From contig NC_086110.1 in assembly GCF_963921235.1 (NCBI RefSeq), positions 9,672,001 to 9,736,000 of the forward strand: a DNA stretch of 64,000 bases, read 5' to 3'. Made by a program: the position numbers and the translations under genes. Source of the stretch: Mobula hypostoma (lineage: Eukaryota). Each line of letters starts with the position of its first letter. The first letter of the stretch is position 1. Positions 37,301 to 49,619 of the stretch are shown piece by piece. Below the pieces are notes generated by a model, which was not told the origin of the DNA, searched no databases, and worked only from the letters and a program-made list of their open reading frames with translations.

Positions 37301-38450
37301 CAAATGTTCAGGGGATATCTGCGTGGAGTTCTGCATAAGCACGTTTCAATGAGACAGGGAAAGGTATGGTAAGGTACAGGGGCCGTGGTGCACAAAGGCT
37401 GTAATAAATCTAGTCAAGAAGAGAAGAGCTTACGAAAGGTTCAAAAAGCTAGGAGATGATAGAGAGCAAGAAGATTATCAGGCTGGCAGGAAGGAGGTCA
37501 AGAACGAAATTAGGAGAGCCAGAAGGGACCATGAGAAGGCCTTGGTGGACAGGATTAAGGAAAACCCAAAAGGAATTCTACAAGTATGTTAAGAGCAAGT
37601 GAATAAGACGTGAGAGAATAGGACCAATTAAGTGTGACAGTGTAAAAATATGTATGGAAACGGAGGAGATAGCAGAGGTACTTAATGAGTACTTTCCTTC
37701 AGTGTCCACTACGGAAAAGGATCTTGGCGATTGTAGGGATGATTTGTAGTGGACTTAAAAGCTTGAGCATGTACACATTAAGAAAGTGGGTGTGCTGGAG
37801 CTTTTGGAAAGCATCAAGTTGGATGTCACCATGACTGAACAAGATATACTCCAGGCTACTGTGGGAAGCGAGGATGGAGATTACTGAGCCTCTGCCGATG
37901 GTTTTGCATCATCAGTGGGGACGGGAGATGTTACGGAGGACTAGAGGGTTGCGGATGTTATTCCATTATTCAAGAAAGGGAGTAGAGATAGCCCAGAAAA
38001 TAACCGACCAGTGAGACTTACTTCAGTGGTTGGTAAGTTGATGGAGAAGATCCTGAGAGGCAGGATTTATGAACATCTGGAGAGGCATAATAAGATTAGG
38101 AATAGTCAGCATGGCTTTGTCAAAGGCAGCTCATGCCTTACGAGCCTCACTGAATTTTTTGAGGATGCAACTGAACACATTGACGATGGTAGAGCAGTAG
38201 ATGTAATGCGTATATGGATTTCAGCAAGGCAATTTACAAGGTACCCGATGCAAGGCTTACTGAAAAAGTAAAGAGGCATGGGATCCAAGGGTAAATTACT
38301 TCGTGGATCCAGAACTGGCTTACCCACGGAAGGCAAAGAGTGGTTGTAGACGGGTCATGTTTTGCATGGAGGTCGGTGACCAATGGTATGCCTCAGGGAT
38401 CTGTTCTGGGACCCCTACTCTTCGTGATTTTTATAAATGACCTGGATGAA
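34400..38450 (+). mobile_element. Composite of deleted CR1 copies (ORF1 zinc finger/esterase, EN, RT) with nested insertions
   Basis: ETPSLPDGHIC (34196..34483), RT ORFs 34785..35129, 35240..35566 and 38011..38271, and a minus-strand CR1 3' end at ~35570-35885. Confidence 0.8.
36327..36974 (+). mobile_element. CpG-rich non-coding retroposon (SINE-like) with (CTAAT)n tail, nested in CR1 ORF1
   Basis: GC-rich head, AATAAA and a tandem tail. The CR1 ORF1 sequence resumes at 36975. Confidence 0.65.
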
Positions 38451-38459
38451 GAATTGTTG

Positions 38460-39020
38460 TTGGACGTCCTGACCTAAAAGACCTCAGATAGTTAGGAAGT
38501 GGAAGAGCTTGGGGCCTCGAGCCAGGCAAATAACCGCTTCAGTGATGTCAACAATATAAAGGAAATGGCAGAGGGCTTCAGATAAACTCGCAACGCTCAC
38601 ACCACTCTTTACAAAGGGAAAAGTTTCAAGCTCATGGGTGTGCACATCTTACACAAGCTCTCATGGTTCCAGAACATCCTACAGAAGCAGGAAAGCTCAC
38701 CAACTGCTCTACACTCTGAGGAGTCTGAGGGAGCTGGCGTATGCACATCTATACTTACGTCCTTCTGCAGATACACAGTGAAGGAAATGCAAGCATGTTG
38801 CATCACTGCAGGGTACAGAACCTGCACTGGTGGCGGATAGGACGTCTCTACAACGGGAAGACAAAAACACGCAACACTTCACCGGCACAGATAGGTACAA
38901 TAAGGTGCCGAAAAAAGGCGATTACCATCATGAAGGATCGCACCCATTCTACTCATAGATTGTTTATCCCACTACCATCGGGGGGAGGATATTCACGTCT
39001 GTCCCACCAGACTCATGAAT
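38460..39020 (+). mobile_element. Degenerate Rex1/Babar-like 3' fragment
   Basis: Resembles the 13.9-20.3 kb and 27.9 kb fragments. Confidence 0.55.
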
Positions 39021-40548
39021 AAGAGTTATTAGACAACTACGTACAATAAAATGAGAGCAGTTGACATAATTATAATCTTATGGAACGGAGTAGCAATATA
39101 CTAAGGCGACGATTGCTGAATGTTTGCAGTTCGGAGCTTTATATTTCGTTTGGAATTTGAAAACAATAACACGTTTTATGGTGTAAACAATTACGTGAGA
39201 AATTGAAAGAATGAGAGAGATGAAGACTGGGAGGTAGAATAAAATTAATATTGCACAAACGAGAAAAGGGTAGCCATGCCCGCACAAAAGGTTGATTAAT
39301 CTATTCCTTGGAATTTCAGGACATTCTCCAGCCTCCTGTTTAACTCTGTTCACGGGTCACCATCATGGCATTTACACATGAAAGAATCTTCGTATCTCGT
39401 GTCGTCTTTCGTGGTGTTTAAAACAATAAGCAGGAAAAGGACCATTCGGCCGTAAGATCATAAGGAGTAAATATAGGCAATTCGGTCCACCGATGCTCAT
39501 TTCTTTTCTCCATTCTCCTAGCTTCTACCCATAACTTTTGATGCCCCTACTAATTAAGTTCCTATGAACACCTGTTTTAACTATCCCAAATTACGTCACC
39601 TCCATAGGCGTCTGTGGCAATAAATTCCATACATTCAGATTTTCAGATTCAGATTTATTTATCATATACACATTGAAATGTGTCGCTATCGTTAGCAAAC
39701 AAAACGCCCAAAGATGTTGGGGACATCCCACTAGTGTCGCCACACATTCCAGGGCCAACATGTCCACCATGCTTGGCAGAATAACAGAAAGAAAAACGAA
39801 ACAGAATGTACCAAGCGACAAGCAACAGTAGTAAAATAATCTCCATCTTTCCCTTCCACCCACACTTACACCTATGGACGTATTCCGTCCTCTAAACCCA
39901 GATCAAGCAGCCATCGTCCACAAAGTCCAGCCGATTTGCGGTCGCGAAGCATAGCACTTTGATTTTCGCAGGGGATTCGCAGAAATTCACAGACTCGACC
40001 TCTGGAGTTCAGGTCGACTTTCTGGAGTTCAGGTCGACTTTCTGGCTGCTATATGGACTTCCGGTCCACACTCTGGCTGAAGAAATTCATCCTCTTCTGT
40101 TCTAAAGGAACCTTTTTTTATTCTGAGGATATGCTCTTTAGTCCCATACTCGTCCACTATTGCAAACATCCTCTGCAGATCCGCTGTATCTAGGCACTTT
40201 CAATATTCTCTAGCATTCAACGAGATCCCACTTCATTCTTCAAAACTCCTGCGAGTACAGATCCCTTCAGTTCCGTGATCATTCTGGTAAATCTCCTCTG
40301 GACCCTGTCGAATGCCACCACGTCATTCCTTAGATATAGGTCCAAAAGCCAATCATGATACTCCAAATGTGGTCTGACCATTGCCTTAAAAGCTTCAACA
40401 TTACATATTTATTTTTATATTCTGGTCCTCTTGAAATCATTGCATTAAACTTGCTTCCACCGATTAAGAGAATACTGCGCTAGCACCCCAAGTCTTTCTG
40501 CACTTTCGATTTCTAAATTCGCTCGCTAGATAGAAAACAGATTACTCG

Positions 40549-41106
40549 TGTAACTCTCGCTTCGGCTAGCGGCTTAATATAGGGGGTGATAGCGCCCGGC
40601 CCAGCCAAAGTTAAGAAATCTCGTTTGGGTGGATGCTGCGCGATGCGTCCCCTGTTACAAATCAATACCCCGAAATAACAAACAGTACACAATTTGGGAT
40701 TAAACGATGAAGCTTTATAATTTTTACTTTGACTATATGGTTAGTAAAGAAAACAAAAAAAAAGAGAAAAATGGTCCACTCTCATGAAACAGTCTATTGC
40801 GCAATGTTGGAGCTCATTGATAAACTGATCGTCCACCATCGACCTCCTCCGATCGTCGCTGCCCTTCGGACCCACTCCCCAAGTCCACTCGGTCCGGCAG
40901 TCTACCAACTCTCTCCATTCGCGTCTTCTCTCCTCATCTCTCCCCAGCAAGAGACCACGAAAATCTCTCCTCCAGACTCACAAGAAAGAACAACAGCATT
41001 CCAAACACTGGCATCTCCAGTCATAACCCAAACATTGCTTCTACAGAGAAGCCATTACATTATCAGTGAAACCTTGCAGCATGTTACACAGCAGTGAAAT
41101 CTTACA
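40549..41106 (-). mobile_element. Probable solo LTR within a degenerate CR1
   Basis: TGTAA...TTACA termini. I could not find a TSD. Confidence 0.45.
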
Positions 41107-44100
41107 GCATTTTACATTCATTTATTCCTTTTAATAAATTGCATGGCCAAACACTTCTTTACTCTGTACTCCAGTGCAGACTATGTATTACTTGTTGCAA
41201 ATATTAGTTTAATTCGCTAACATTTACTAACATTTTGACCCTCAGCTTAAATTTCTCCTTACACAAGAAAAGCTACAGATGGTGGAAATTAATGTAGACT
41301 CCTGCAGAAGGGTCTTGGCTGTGCAGTCGACAGTACTCTTTTCCATAGATACTGCCCAGCCTGCTGATTTCCTCCATCATTATATGTGTGTTGCCATAAA
41401 TTTCTCACTACTTACACGTGTGGTCCTACCCTCTTCTGACTTATGATCTTGGTTTCAATGTGCAGTTTAATGTAACGTCTTGGATTATCTTTAGTCATCC
41501 TTGCCAGGAGCATTTCTGGGTCCATTTTAACCCGCTAATCATTTGTTACCTTTAAGTCTTGTGTTCTTTATGTCCCCCTCACAGAAGATCCGCATCGCTA
41601 TTATTTCCATAAATAAATGTTGTCCCATTTTGTTTATGCGGTGTGAAATTATGATCTACGAGGGGATTCATCACGATACGAAGGAAGATGTTTAACCTTC
41701 TTAATGTACAACCGTTTGAACAAACAAACAAAAATAAACATGTAACATTGAGGAAAGTACTTGTGGCATTACATAATAAAAATGAAATACGTTAAAGTGC
41801 AATAAACATTTCCAAAGAAGAATGTACATAGTCTCGATACAAACAAAAACAGATTAAGGAAATACTGCACAAAATAAAACAAAAATAGATTTTCCGTTGA
41901 TTCTACCCTTCAGGCTTTGTTATACATACATCTAAGCGTTCGAGCATTGAAGCGCCCTTTGCTGTTCAATGCTAGAACATTTTAGTCTGTTGCAATATAT
42001 ATCCTAAATTTGAACTTAACATATTGGTATTTCGGACTGTAAGTGGGCCACCTCCTGCACGTTACCCAAATAAGCAGTTCGACTTCGTTAAAGCTGATAG
42101 ACGAATAAATTAGTTAACTATACGCCGTAAATTCTACTAACCATTTATGATTTTATCTGTAAATTGATAGACTGACACTTCAGCTACCCAATCCATGCGT
42201 ACCACCTTCTCTATATCTTTGATCCTGACATTACTGAAGCTAATGAGAGGTAAAAAGAAGCATAACAGCAGATAAACAGTAAGGCAGATACTTGCGATTT
42301 TCACGACCAGTATTTATTCGTTTTAAAGTTTTCATTGGTGATGAAGTCGAAAATTGCTTTTGAGGTTGGAGGCTCGGCATTAAATTCAAATCGAATTTTG
42401 AAAACACAGAAGATAATTGTTTCCTCCTTAGGGAAATTGGAGGTTCGCAGTAAAAATAATGCAACACTGACTGTTGTGTGTATGTTTTAAATGATAAAAG
42501 GACAATATTGGTCAAGAACTCTTCTGAACAAGAACACATACAGTAAGTATTTGAATAGAGTTGGATATGTGCCTGAAAACGCGAAAGTTTCTGCGCTTTG
42601 GAGGGAAATTGCGATGTATGAATGGATTGACAACTTATTAAAAGTGCAAAAATGAGTCAAGAAGCTTACTGCGTATTATAAGGTCCACGATTCTACATAT
42701 TATCGGGGATAGATAGGGAATTTGGAGGTCGTAAAACAAATGGAATCATCTTTCATTTGGAGCGCTAAAAAAGCATCAATTGGAGATCACCAACTCCAGT
42801 GTTGGTAGAGCCTCAGAATTTGAACGTCAGACATCACTAGCTCGAATTGATGGAAGGAGATTGAAGTTCTACAGATTACAAATGAAGACGAATCGACGAT
42901 TTGCGAGATATTGTAAATAAAGTGTTCTTTTAAAATTTTGAATCTGAAGATATTTGACCACAGCGATGCTAGTAATATAACAGAATACCAAAGAATAAAA
43001 TGATGACATTAGTCATACATAACATTAAACATTCTAAAACTGATTCAGTAACATGAAAATAATCGCACTTTCAGAGAGCATTTCAGCTACAACACAAAGA
43101 CCCTGGCCTCACACAAGTGAAATATTGATAATAGTTATTATAAAAAATAATAAATCAATTCGATAGAGTTAATATAAACGTATCAACAGTAACTCAGAAT
43201 TGACAGATGATTTGGGATTTTATGAGGTTATCCCTGGTATAATTGAATCGGGAAACGAGGTGATGTGACGAATTCAGATCTTCAATATAATCCAGTAAAG
43301 AAAATTTTAAATAAGAAGATGGTTAATATTTATATATTATTCGAGTGCGGATTAATGATAGGTCAGCTCACTGAAGATGAACGTTACAGTTAACGGGCAT
43401 ATTTTAAGGATTAGGAAGCTGCGACTTGTGGGTGCTGCAGCGATCGAAGCCAAGCTCATATCTATTTACTACAGATGCCCATGTCTTGGATTAGGGATTC
43501 AGGTTTTACATATTTAAAACTTCTAGAAGATATTAAACTACTTAACAATGTGCGCTGTACACAAAATGCAGAACATATAGACTTTTGAAACGGATAAACA
43601 GAATATACTATATGAAACGCAAATAATAATGCATTGCATGAAAGATCAGCCAATTCGTTTCGAAACGATTAGAAAGGTGAATATTTCACGAATCACTGAT
43701 TGAAAACATCTAGTAGGGCTAGGACCGGTCTATTGTCTGGCATACGGCTCGCCTAAACTTAGGTCGCAGACTTAGCACGCAGTGAAGAATGGTGGAGGTT
43801 TGCTAGGCGAAATATAAGACGATTTGTGCAGAGTACTGACACATTTTATTCCAGCGGTGTAGGAATATATGTGGAAAAGTAAGAAGAGGAGTTGTCTTTC
43901 AACCTAAAAAGAGAAACGATATACTTGCCGTATAAGGAGAGGAGTGAAGGATGGATTCATGGATTGGCAGGATAGTCGTATATGGGGAGAATGAGCAGAC
44001 TCTGTCATCTCTTGACGTTACAGTGAGGAGATTTGATATTACTAACATGAGCAGAATACAGTACTCTGGAAGCGTTTTAGATGCAAGGAGAGTTAATATG

Positions 44101-44754
44101 CCCCACGAATTGGCCAGGTGAAACTGAAAACCACAGTTCAAATATATGAAGTCAGTAATTCAGAACAGAGAAGAATATTGCTTTCATCAAATGTGCAATA
44201 AATCCATGGTATTCACCATGCCTCGCGCAGTCATTGAGTATAGGAACTGCAGAAGACGACACAATTTTACATACAGAGCGATAAAGTAATGTGTGTCTAT
44301 AGTAACATTTGCCTTTGTAGTGAAATAAGACTTCACTAACTGGCGGAGTATATACAAGAAAAAATATCGATTCCGATTTATGTTACTTATAGTTCCGCGT
44401 TGTTCTAAGGCCTTACCAAGGACGCGCCCTTTCCATCTATAATGGCGTGGCAAATTTCATCTTATTTTTGATGTACAACCACAGTTTCTCCCATATGTTT
44501 GTGTCTCTGCAGCTCGGCATATTCTGTGTTACTTATGCAAATCCTCCTGTTGTTTTTTCCAGTCAATGCCAAGGTCGCATACGACAACTCGTCACTTGAA
44601 TGTTCTTGGACTGCCTGTAAGCAATATTTTTTTTTAAAAAAACGTTAATTAATTGCGCTTCAGTCTTTGTACGTTGCTGTTCATGTCGCATGTCAACCAC
44701 TTCTTCAGTTGTTTCAATCCCTATCTTTTTCGTTGGCTTATTACACAGCCTTAC

Positions 44755-44856
44755 CTGAACAAACGCGATTTTTTCACGATGGCTTTTTCGTTCTGGAGTG
44801 TGCTTGAATCTCTTGAAGTCTACAGCGGCGTAATATGCAGCCGCGGCTCCCGTTTT
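44755..44856 (-). CDS. IgSF V-C1 receptor copy 2, ITIM-like cytoplasmic exon (KTGAAAAYYAAVDFKRFKHTPERKSHREKIAFVQ)
   Basis: Phase-0 acceptor ccatgcag|AAA matches the upstream phase-0 donor, and there is a strong donor CAG|gtaagg. The frame also stays open to 44563, so this could be a terminal exon. Confidence 0.72.
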
Positions 44857-45359
44857 CTGCATGGTTTGGGATGAACAATTGTTACTTGGTTACTTAGCTT
44901 AATTTGTTCAGTATTATTATCAAATGTTAAACAGATTTAACTGAAGTAGAGATATATGTATCAGTGTAACTACGAATGTTAAGGGACTGTGGTCATTAAT
45001 CAAACATTCAAAAATATCAATGTTAGTCTTAATTGAATGTTTTAAAATGCACGACGGTTTCAAACTCTAAAATGATTCTTATGAACACAAAAGAAAATTA
45101 TGGCAGTTATCAGGGTACATTTTCAAGACAAGAGATAATTCAGTTTACGTCATTTAAGTACATATGATGAAATGAATAAAGTAATTAATTAGTGTTAAAT
45201 ACTTCCCTTAACACGATTTGAATCGTTCATTGTGACCTGCCAAATACGTAAACCATGCAAAAATAAACGAATCTAATGTGACTATCATTAATTTTGTCCA
45301 GATCAGATCATCTATTGAATGGCCAGAATATTTGGCTCTATAATTATACATGAACAAAC

Positions 45360-45397
45360 CTCAGGATGATCCGCTTCTGTAAGACATGCTTCATTAA
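45360..45397 (-). CDS. IgSF V-C1 receptor copy 2, cytoplasmic exon 1 (VNEACLTEADHPE)
   Basis: 38-nt phase 1-0 exon with splice sites conserved with 6834-6871. Confidence 0.75.
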
Positions 45398-45837
45398 CTG
45401 GAACGAAATATAATGTCATGAAATTGTAGCACCATTGACGGAACTGTCAACACAATGATTACAAAGATGTTTATAGTAATACACAAATTGCAATATCTAC
45501 TGAATTTCTTCCGTTTAAGATATTTATAGACTGGTTTAAACCTAACTTGTCACAGTGGAGCAATAGTTATTCCATTACCTCACAATTGCAGAGATCTCGG
45601 TTCGATTTTGATCTCAGATGCTTCCACATCCTCCGGGGAATTTCATGTGTTTCTTTCTCTAAGATACCCTAGCGTTCTTCCTCATTCAAACTCATGCAGG
45701 TTAGCTGAAGTTGTAATTCTAAATTTCCTGAAGTGTGTGTTATTAGCAGGAGAATCGTGAGCGTACCTTGTTACAAGGAAATCAGTTGGAACATTGGATC
45801 AATTGGCATCCTGTCAGATCAAGCAGAACACACAACA

Positions 45838-46392
45838 GGCCGAATCCAATTGAAAATTTGTGAGTGGACTTGAAAAGGGCTGTCATTCACGATCCCCATG
45901 CAATCTGACAGAGTTTGAAGAATGGGGAAAATTGCAGTGTCCAGATGTGCAATGCTGATAGACAGCTATCCACACAGACTCAAGGCTGTAATTGCTGACA
46001 AAGGTGCATCCAGTAAATATTGACTTGAAGTGGATGAACGAACGTGGGAGACTCTGACGGCAGCTGGAAGAAAACGCTATGGTTTGATAAAACCAAAATT
46101 GCGCTTTCTAGCCATCAGACTAAACGCTATGTTTGGAGTAAGCGAAACACTGCACATCATCAAAAGCACACCATCCCCACATTATTTATGCAAGCAATTG
46201 TTTTGTGTGTTTTACTTGTAACTAATTTAGATCACTTTGCAGAGTCTTGTTTTTATTTTGGCACGAAAGAGTCTTTTTTTTGTTATTTCAATGTCAAAAA
46301 AAAGACAAATTAAATCCACTGTGATCCAATGTTGTAAGACAATAAAACATTAAAACTCCAGGCGTGGAGGTAAATACTTTTTATAGGCACTA
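45838..46392 (+). mobile_element. Tc1/mariner remnant
   Basis: NPIENLW-like and LKAVIA.KG-like C-terminus, WKKTLWFDKTKI (ORF 46044..46313) and a TIR-like end. Confidence 0.78.
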
Positions 46393-46526
46393 TATGTGAC
46401 CCAAACGATACAGGCAAAACAGACTATTGAAGCTCCTGCGACGATCATGCTGTCCTGGAGGAAGTTGCTCAAGCAGTTTTCTTGTTATCCTGCTTGTGGA
46501 TTTGGAAAACGATATTTAAATCTTAC

Positions 46527-46640
46527 CCTTCCTTTCCTGCTTTCGGCACTGCGTCCGAATGACGAACATTAGCAGTAAGATCACAAATCCAGCCAATGTA
46601 CCACCGGAAACCCAAATGGAAAGAGATTTGCCAGAGGAAC
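46527..46640 (-). CDS. IgSF V-C1 receptor copy 2, transmembrane exon (GSSGKSLSIWVSGGTLAGFVILLLMFVIRTQCRKQERK)
   Basis: 114-nt phase 1-1 exon (cttccag|GT...G|gtaag) with an uncharged hydrophobic core. Confidence 0.88.
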
Positions 46641-46684
46641 CTGGAAGTTTGTCAGAGTATACATTATGGAAGCTGTGGTTAAGT

Positions 46685-48130
46685 GTGACAGTGGAAAAGT
46701 ATGTATGAACCGGAGGAGATAGCAGAGGTACTTAATGAATACTTTGCTTCAATATTCACTACGCAAAAGGATCTCGGTGACTGTAGGGATGGCTGCAGCG
46801 GACTGAAAAGCTTGACCATGTAGATATTAAGGAAGAGTGTGTGCTGGAGCTTTTGGAAAACATCAAGTTGGATAAGTCACCGGCTACTGTGGGAAGCGAG
46901 GGAGGAGATTTCTGAGCGTCTGGTGATGATCTTTGAATCATCGATGAGGATGGGAGAGGTACCGGAGGATTTGAGGGTTGTGGCTGTTGCTCCCTTATTC
47001 AAGAAAGGGAGTAGAGATCGCCCAGGAAATTATAGACCAGTGAGTCATACTTCAGTGTTAGGTAAGTTGATTAAGATCCTGAGAGACAGGATTTATGAAC
47101 ATTTGGAGAGGCATAAAATGATTAGGAATAGTCAGCATGGCTTTGTCAAAGGCAGGTCTTATGAGGTTGATTGAATTTATTGAGGATGTGACTAAACGCG
47201 TTGAACCATAGACGCAGTGTATATGGGTTTCAGCAAGGCATTTGATAAAGTACCCCATGCAAAGCTTATTTAGATAGTAAGGAGGATTATTCTGAATGGA
47301 AGTCGGTGAGCAGTGATATACTGCAGGGATCTGTTCTAGGACCCCTACTCGTCGTGATGTTTATAAATGACGTGGATGAGGAAGTGGAGGGATAGGATAG
47401 TAAATTTGCTGCTGACACAAAGGTTGGGGGTGTTGTGGATAGTGTAGAAGGCTATCAGAGGATACGGGGCACATTGATAGGATGAAAACTGGGCTGAGAA
47501 GTGGCAGATGGAGTTCAACCCAGATTAGTGTGAGATTGTTCATTTTGGTAGGTCAAATATGATGGCACAATATAGCGTTCATGGTGAGACTCTTGCAGTG
47601 TGGAGGATCAGAGAGATCTTGGGGTCCGAGTTCACAGGACACTCAAAGCTGCTACACAGGTTGACTCTGTGGTTCAGAAGGCATACGGTGCATTGGTCCT
47701 CATCAACCGTGGGATTGAGTTTAAGAGCCGGGAGGTAATGTTGCAGCTATATAGGACCCTGGTCAGACCCCACTTTGAGTACTTTGCTCAGTTCCGGTCG
47801 CCTCACTACAGGAAGGACGTGGAAACCACAGAAAAGGTGCAGATGAGATTTACAAGGATGTTGTCTGGATTGGGGAGCATGCCTTATGAGAATAGGTTGA
47901 ATGAACTCAGCCTTTTCTCCTTGGAGCGACGGAGGATGAGAGGTGACCTGATGGAGGTGTATAAGATGATGAGAGGCATTGATCGTGTGGATAGTCAGAG
48001 GCTTTTTCCGAGGGCTGAAATGGCTAGCACGAGAGGGCATAGTTTTAAGGTGCTTGGAAGAAGGTAGAGAGGAGGTGTCAGGGGTACCTTGTTTTACGCA
48101 GAGAGTGGTGAGTCTTGTATGTCTTTCTTC
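46685..48130 (+). mobile_element. Deleted CR1 inserted just upstream of the copy 2 TM exon
   Basis: ORFs 46839..47174 and 47600..48067. TAAGT is repeated at 46680-46684 and 48131-48135. Absent from copy 1. Confidence 0.88.
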
Positions 48131-48578
48131 TAAGTACATAATTCTCTTTTTATAGAAGGAGGGAAAGGTAGCTGTTGGTGTTTTTGCTGGTTGTGGCAAT
48201 TGGAGTGAAAATAAGCAGGACAGCGTTAAAGGAAGAGTAATGTTACTTGTTGAGCAAGATAAACCGTGAAGTTATTCTTATATTGGTCAGATGAACGATT
48301 TTGAATTGCCCTGAGGTGCCCAATAACTCAAGGCTACCAGACTGCATTTTATAAGATGATTGCCGGTGGACAGGGTGAAGCTGGAAGACATTTTCTCATT
48401 CGGAGATCGATAATTTCTTAACTTGTAGCCTGTAGCCACCGTTCATTGAAACGCAAACGTCGAAGGTCACAATCTTTATTTTGGAATAGTAGTACTTTAG
48501 AAATATGTACCGGAAATGTTCGTAAGTGAAAAGCAATGGAGCAATGGTTTACGTCCGGTGGGAGCCGAGCTGAGTGTG

Positions 48579-48580
<2 letters not shown>

Positions 48581-48623
<43 letters not shown>

Positions 48624-48626
48624 CGC
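48581..48626. repeat. (GT)n(GC)n microsatellite in a copy 2 intron
   Basis: Directly visible. Confidence 0.95.
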
Positions 48627-49067
48627 TTCTGAGGTGTGGATAGAGGATTGGAATTGAGAGATTTAACATGGTCAGGGTAGAAAACTGATAGAAGCTCCAG
48701 GTAAAACGAAAGCTCCTGCAAACTGTTCAACTGAAAGGAACGAAGCAACTTGTAAAGATTAAACGTTTTTTTTTCAACTGGTACACAGAAGAAGCATCAA
48801 TATACGTGGGTGGTAATGCAAATTATTAAAATAAATAAACTTGTTTACCAATTTCTAAAACATACAAAAGAGTTTAGATATAAATACCAGTCACAGGACA
48901 GTGGATGTATTGCTGTCTATTTTGCAATACATGGAAGTCGATATTAAATAAAAGCCCGTCAACAAAACTCTGTACTTAAATGAATTAAGGTGACTTTTCC
49001 TCACGACTACTGACAAACAGTGATAGCATTTTGTATATATATAAAGTAGCAGGACATGCCCTCGTAC

Positions 49068-49370
49068 CTTGGTTAGATTTGGAAATAGAATAGACTGCCA
49101 CCGCTGAAGTATTGAGCGAGACATGAGATACCATGCAGGTATAATTCCTGCCGATCTTATCTGGCTGCATCTCTGTCAAGTTGCTCGAAACCTCATAAAG
49201 ACCTTCGGTGTTCTTCTTTATATTAGTCTGCGTGCCCAAAACTATTTCAACACCATTTTTATACCAGGTAAGCGAGAAGTCCTTGGGATAAAATGCAGCT
49301 GTTTCACACACAATAATCAAGGCGGTAGTTGAATGCTTTTTCGCGAAAATCTTCAATGGAGTTGGTACTG
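49068..49370 (-). CDS. IgSF V-C1 receptor copy 2, C1-set exon
   Basis: 303-nt phase 1-1 exon (ttccacag|CA...G|gtacga) encoding AVPTPLKI...VCETAAFYPKDFSLTWYKNG...YTCMVSH. Confidence 0.93.
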
Positions 49371-49619
49371 CTGTGGAACAGATAATGGAAAAAATGTTAA
49401 ATGACTTTGCGATATTGAAGTATTTCCCTTAAATTATCCTTAGATTCATTAACTATGATGTATGCGTGTGAAGAAATGTTTTTAATATGATCTATATCCG
49501 CTAATAATTCATGACCCTGATTCATATTAGACGACATCATCTGCTGTGTCTCAATAACACCACTTCTGATATTCATATTGTATTTTACGGCATCTAAAGA
49601 TTTAACAAAATAACCTTGA

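Noticed and set aside
39078-39353. 91-aa ORF with a ~30-residue hydrophobic stretch
   Set aside because: It has a non-ATG start, no recognisable family, no convincing splice sites and no paralogue near copy 1. AT-rich antisense frames often look hydrophobic. It is still worth a BLAST search.
42240-42539. ORF as a further cytoplasmic exon of copy 2
   Set aside because: Its acceptor would need phase 1 whereas the upstream donor is phase 0, and it has no signalling motif or paralogous support.
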